DNA from: a virus
Taxonomy: Duplodnaviria; Caudoviricetes
Virus record (IMG/VR): IMGVR_UViG_3300034073_000217
Span: 1 to 38,036 of that record
Reading direction: 5' to 3' (one strand)
DNA length: 38,036 nt
Shown: piece after piece, positions 34,118 to 38,036 of the stretch
Numbering within the stretch: the stretch's first letter is position 1
Layout: each line of letters opens with the position of its first letter
The notes under the pieces: generated by a model
Database searches by the model: none
Seen by the model: the letters and a program-made list of their open reading frames with translations, nothing else
Told to the model about the DNA's origin: nothing
Made by a program: the position numbers and the translations under genes

Positions 34118-35938
34118 ATGGCAACTCAACGTATTTTATTTGATGAATGGTTACCTGACCAACCATCAGTATCTAAATCAGTTAGAGAAGCATTAAATGT
34201 TGTTCCTGTGTTAAATGGGTATTCATATATTAATGGTGCTGCTAACTATTCTGCTGCTGCATCAGAAAACCTCAATAATGTATTTGCAGGTAAATTTGGT
34301 GGAACTGTAACTGTGTTTGCTGGTGGTGGTACTAAACTATTTAAACTAGATAATAATGATTTAACATTAGATGATGTATCTAGCGGAACATATTCTGGAA
34401 ATAACAGATGGCAATTTGTGCAGTTTGGTCAAAATATGTTAGCTAGTAATGGTACACAACGTATACAACGATGGACATTAGGTAGTTCTACTGCGTTCTA
34501 TCAAGCATCTACATTTGTATCAGGTACATATTCTCGCAGTGGTACAACAGTAACTGCAACGATTACAGCACATGGATTAAGCAATGGTGCAACATACGAA
34601 GTAGACATTACTAGTGGTGATGGAACAGATGGTGAATACGTTATTACAGTAACAGATGCTAATACCATTACTTATACAGATACTAACTCAGGCACAACAT
34701 CAGGTAATATTCGTGTCATTGTATCAGCAGCACCTATTGCTAAACATCTTACAGTTATTCGTGACTTTGTTGTTGGCGCATACATTGAAGCAGGAACATA
34801 TCCTAACAGAGTGCAATGGTCTGATGTGAATTCTCCTGATTATTGGGATAGTGAAGGTGCATCATTAGCAGATTTTCAGGACATAGAAGATGGTGGCGAC
34901 ATTACTGGAATTACTGGTGGTGAGTTTGGTGTTGTATTGATGGAAAACGCATTGGTGCGTATGTCATTCGTAGGTAGCCCAAATATATTCCAATTTGACG
35001 TAATCGCTAGAGGTGTAGGTTGTATTGAAGGTGGCTCTGTTACGCAATATGCAGGTGTTACATACTTTTTAGGTGCTGACGGCTTTTATGCTTGTGATGG
35101 CCAACAAGTGATTCGTATCGGTGCTGAAAAAGTTAATCGTTACTTTTTTAACAATGCTAACATCGGTGATATTGACTCTATATCAGCATCTATTGACCCT
35201 GAACGTAACGTAGTTTTATGGGATTATGCTAACGTATCTGGTGGGCGTTCATTAATGATTTTTAACTACCAAACACAAAAATGGTCAGAAGCAGAAACAG
35301 ACGTAGATTACTTATCTACACTATCTTCAACAGGTGCAACACTAGATGGATTAGACAGTGCTTATGATGTTACCGCAGGTTCATTTGTTGTAGGTGAATA
35401 TTATACGATTAGAACAGTAGGCACAACAGATTTTACTTTGATTGGTGCAGTGGCTAATACAGTCGGTGTGTTATTTCAAGCAACAGGTGTTGGCACAGGC
35501 ACAGGCGTAGCTATTGACCAATCCGCAGCTACCACAGGTTTAGCTTCATTAGACGCATTATCTGCATCACTCGATGACCGAATCTGGAAGGGTGGTAAGT
35601 TCTTATTTGGTGGTGTTCGTGATGATAGAATTATCGTATTTACAGGCACAAGACAAACAGCTACATTAACTACTAACGACTTAGAGTTTGGATATAACAC
35701 TCTTGTAAACCTTGTCAGACCATCTGTAGACAATGGTAGTGCAGATGTGCAAATTGCATCAAGACGTGAACTTAATGACACAGTCAATTTTAGCACAGCC
35801 GTATCAGCAGATGCCGAAGGTCGTGTAGGTTTAAGAAGTCATGGTCGTTATCATAGAGTATCAGTCACACCAACAGGTGCAAACTGGACATTAGCCATAG
35901 GATTAGATTTAGACGTTAATCAAGCAGGAAACAGGTAA
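34118..35938 (+). CDS. Tail nozzle/stabilization protein (P22 gp10-like role)
   Basis: 606 aa; EWLPDQP, WQFVQFG and RVQWS motifs, beta-propeller-like composition; podoviral tail position. Confidence 0.7.
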   Translation: MATQRILFDEWLPDQPSVSKSVREALNVVPVLNGYSYINGAANYSAAASENLNNVFAGKFGGTVTVFAGGGTKLFKLDNNDLTLDDVSSGTYSGNNRWQFVQFGQNMLASNGTQRIQRWTLGSSTAFYQASTFVSGTYSRSGTTVTATITAHGLSNGATYEVDITSGDGTDGEYVITVTDANTITYTDTNSGTTSGNIRVIVSAAPIAKHLTVIRDFVVGAYIEAGTYPNRVQWSDVNSPDYWDSEGASLADFQDIEDGGDITGITGGEFGVVLMENALVRMSFVGSPNIFQFDVIARGVGCIEGGSVTQYAGVTYFLGADGFYACDGQQVIRIGAEKVNRYFFNNANIGDIDSISASIDPERNVVLWDYANVSGGRSLMIFNYQTQKWSEAETDVDYLSTLSSTGATLDGLDSAYDVTAGSFVVGEYYTIRTVGTTDFTLIGAVANTVGVLFQATGVGTGTGVAIDQSAATTGLASLDALSASLDDRIWKGGKFLFGGVRDDRIIVFTGTRQTATLTTNDLEFGYNTLVNLVRPSVDNGSADVQIASRRELNDTVNFSTAVSADAEGRVGLRSHGRYHRVSVTPTGANWTLAIGLDLDVNQAGNR

Positions 35939-36747
35939 TGGCACGTTCCGATATGTATAGAAAGCTACCCTGGCGTGGTGGCAATCCTAGAGAAGTAGCA
36001 GAAGTTGTTAATAACCTTGTAGAAGGTAAATCTAACAACACAGGATTTTTAACTCTAGATACAGGTTGGGCTACATCTACGACACTGTTTGATGAACGTA
36101 TTGGTAATAACTCTGTCATCTTATTTGCACCCTCTAGTGACTCTGCTGAAGCAGACACAGCACCTTATGGTGAGTTTACTTCTACAACACAACAATTAGC
36201 ACCAAGTTCTGGTAATACGGCTGTAGTGACATGGGATACAGAACATGAAGTTAATGGTATATATATAGATGTTAGTAACGATTCAAGATTATATGTGCGT
36301 AATGATGGTATCTATGATGTTACCTTTTCTCTGCAATTAGCCAATGCTAATAATGATGCAGAGTATGCAGATGTTTGGTTTAGAGTGAATGGAAGTGATA
36401 TAGCAACTTCTGGCAGACGATTTGGTTTACCTGCAAGAAAGTCTACAGGCGACCCATCTCATTTGACAGGAACAGCTAACCATGTATTGGATTTAAATGC
36501 AGGTGATTATATTGAGATTGCAGGAGCAACATCTTCTACAGACATATCTTTAGAAACATTTGCAGCAACAACAACAACACCATACACAAGACCAGCTATA
36601 TCATCAGCACAAGCTACAGTGACTTATATAGCACCATTTAGTATAGATAATTTATATGTATCTAGCCAACAAAAAGGACAAGCTACAGTATCTCATTTCG
36701 CTAATAACACTAGTGGAAAAGAATACAAATATGTTATAATCGGCTAA
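35938..36747 (+). CDS. Tail-associated protein with an inserted C1q/BclA-like beta-sandwich
   Basis: REVAEVVNNLVEGKSNNTG N-terminus; GIYDVTFSLQL...VWFRVNG...LDLNAGDYIEI internal domain. Confidence 0.6.
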   Translation: MARSDMYRKLPWRGGNPREVAEVVNNLVEGKSNNTGFLTLDTGWATSTTLFDERIGNNSVILFAPSSDSAEADTAPYGEFTSTTQQLAPSSGNTAVVTWDTEHEVNGIYIDVSNDSRLYVRNDGIYDVTFSLQLANANNDAEYADVWFRVNGSDIATSGRRFGLPARKSTGDPSHLTGTANHVLDLNAGDYIEIAGATSSTDISLETFAATTTTPYTRPAISSAQATVTYIAPFSIDNLYVSSQQKGQATVSHFANNTSGKEYKYVIIG

Positions 36748-37127
36748 TGCAATTACAATATGTTCCTACTCAAGACATAGGTGTTTATTGGGATAAAATA
36801 AAACCTAGTCTAGAAAACATGGCTCGGAGTTGGAGAGTTGAGGATGCGTATTGTGAATTAAAAGAAGGCCGTGCAGATTTATTCCTTACTATAGAAGATA
36901 AATACTTTACCGGTTATATCATAACTCAAAGACATGGTGATGTGCTACATATCTGGGCAGCATATAACGACAACAACAATGTTCTAGAAATAGGACTAGA
37001 TTGCGTAAAAGAGTTAGCATTATCACACAGACTTAAACAAATAACATTTAAGTCTTATCGTAAGGCATGGGATAAAGTAGCGCCTAAATTGGGATTTAAG
37101 AGAGAGATATGGACATATGATTTGTGA
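36747..37127 (+). CDS. GNAT-like hypothetical protein
   Basis: LHIWAAY...ITFKSYRKAW...LGF; fold cues similar to the next gene; its 3' end is repeated at 1-126. Confidence 0.55.
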   Translation: MQLQYVPTQDIGVYWDKIKPSLENMARSWRVEDAYCELKEGRADLFLTIEDKYFTGYIITQRHGDVLHIWAAYNDNNNVLEIGLDCVKELALSHRLKQITFKSYRKAWDKVAPKLGFKREIWTYDL

Positions 37128-37537
37128 ACATAGCACTCGTTCCTAAAAAGGACTACATACCTTGTTTTGGTGCAATACAAGATTATTTAGAGAAGTCAGC
37201 TAAATATACATATGGTCGTTTCACAGCAGACGACATTAAGCAAAACCTATTAACTACAAACAAACAACTATGGGTTGCATATAAAAGTGTGCAAATCTAT
37301 GGATTTGTTGTAACTGAAATCGTTACATACCCTCAAATGAAAACACTTATGATGCACTTTACAGGTGGCGTACATCTTAATAAGTGGAAAGACAATATGC
37401 TAAAGACATTACAAGAGTTTGCTAAAGAACTTGATTGTGAAGTCATCGAATCATATGGTCGAAAAGGTTGGGGTAAAGTTTTTGAGCAAGATGGTTATAA
37501 ACCTCGTTTTATTTATTATGAATTACCTTTGGAGTAA
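37124..37537 (+). CDS. GNAT-like virion assembly protein, allele B
   Basis: Same length and frame as 123-536; 39 of 137 aa differ by manual count. Confidence 0.6.
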   Translation: MNIALVPKKDYIPCFGAIQDYLEKSAKYTYGRFTADDIKQNLLTTNKQLWVAYKSVQIYGFVVTEIVTYPQMKTLMMHFTGGVHLNKWKDNMLKTLQEFAKELDCEVIESYGRKGWGKVFEQDGYKPRFIYYELPLE

Positions 37538-37540
37538 ACT

Positions 37541-38036
37541 ATGTTTAATTTATGGAATCTATTAACACTATCCGTTAGAATGTGTACCTTTTGGGGAGGC
37601 GGTGGTGGTCTCTTTGGTGGTGGTGGTGGTGGAGGCGGTGGTTCGTCTCAAACAACAACCGATATTCCAGAATGGCTAAAGCCTTATGTAACCTTTGGAT
37701 TAACTGAGGCGCAAAGCCTATATAAAGGCGCTGGTCCAGAATATTATCCTGGACAAACATACGTATCTCCATCTGGTCAAACAACCCAAGCATTAGGATT
37801 AGCAGAGCAAAGAGCATTAGCCGGTAGTCCATTACAAAGAGCTGCACTCCAACAGCAAGCAGGAACAGTCGGTGGTCAATATCTCGGTGTTAATCCTTAT
37901 CTATCAGCTGCATTAAAAGCAGGTCAAGCAGAAGCTACACAGGCTTATTTTGATGCAATAAAAGGTGGTCGTAGTGGCGCAGTAGCAGCAGGTAGAATGG
38001 GTAGTGGCGCACAACAACAAATGGAAGGTCGTGCAG
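37541..38036 (+). CDS. Ejection protein 1, allele B (truncated by the window end)
   Basis: MFNLWNLLTLSVRMCTFWGGGGGLFGGGGGGGGGSSQTTTDIPEWLKPYV... open to the window end; homologous to 540-1673. Confidence 0.85.
   Translation, partial: MFNLWNLLTLSVRMCTFWGGGGGLFGGGGGGGGGSSQTTTDIPEWLKPYVTFGLTEAQSLYKGAGPEYYPGQTYVSPSGQTTQALGLAEQRALAGSPLQRAALQQQAGTVGGQYLGVNPYLSAALKAGQAEATQAYFDAIKGGRSGAVAAGRMGSGAQQQMEGRA

Larger units (their letters stand above)
1..37001. mobile_element. Complete unit-length tailed dsDNA phage genome (podovirus-like, P22-like gene order), circularly permuted
   Basis: Terminase, portal, scaffold, capsid, tail, lysis and replication modules are all present. Position 1 recurs at 37002 (offset 37001). 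No long tape-measure gene was seen. Confidence 0.93.
37002..38036 (+). repeat. Second, diverged copy of positions 1-~1030
   Basis: 127 bp exact, then colinear with many substitutions and extra Gly codons. Confidence 0.95.

Noticed and set aside
37002-38036. True direct terminal repeat, or a diversity-generating retroelement template/variable pair
   Set aside because: Physical terminal repeats would be identical. The differences are not adenine-specific and no reverse transcriptase is present. The exact 127-bp identity suggests an assembly k-mer overlap.
1-38036. tRNA genes, integrase/att site, full pqq operon, alternative genetic code
   Set aside because: No cloverleaf or T-loop motifs were recognised in the few intergenic gaps, no recombinase or pqqB-E ORFs were seen, and standard-code ORFs tile the genome densely. 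This was judged by eye; tRNAscan and HMM searches were not run.

Overview
The window is an essentially complete ~37.0-kb AT-rich, podovirus-like tailed phage genome (P22-like layout) plus ~1 kb of overlap. Positions 37002-38036 repeat 1-~1030. The copies are identical for exactly 127 bp and then diverge, so they look like two alleles captured by the assembly. Modules in order: putative ejection proteins (540-5244); lysis region with holins, M15 endolysin, SprT-like protease and metallophosphoesterase (5299-8040); a leftward early/recombination operon (8032-11446); a divergent promoter with a Cro-like gene; replication (YdaU-type initiator with internal iterons, DnaB-like helicase); a nin-like region; a Q-like gene with a pR'/tR'-like late promoter and terminator; small basic proteins; terminase, portal, scaffold and major capsid protein; three tandem glycosyltransferase-like genes; and tail genes interrupted by a free-standing HNH endonuclease. 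I saw no integrase, CI repressor, tRNA or CRISPR array. The clearest highlight is an ORF missed by the ORF track: a 23-aa PqqA (PQQ cofactor precursor peptide) at 9550-9621, in its own antisense promoter-gene-terminator cassette, pointing to a Methylophilaceae-type methylotroph host. Other highlights: an orphan VbhA/FicA-like antitoxin, an ADP-ribosyltransferase-like gene between terminase and portal, a recurring GLL motif shared by ejection proteins and possible cargo proteins, a candidate virion-glycosylation cluster, and a hairpin-controlled homing endonuclease. All family assignments come from motif recognition by eye, not database searches.
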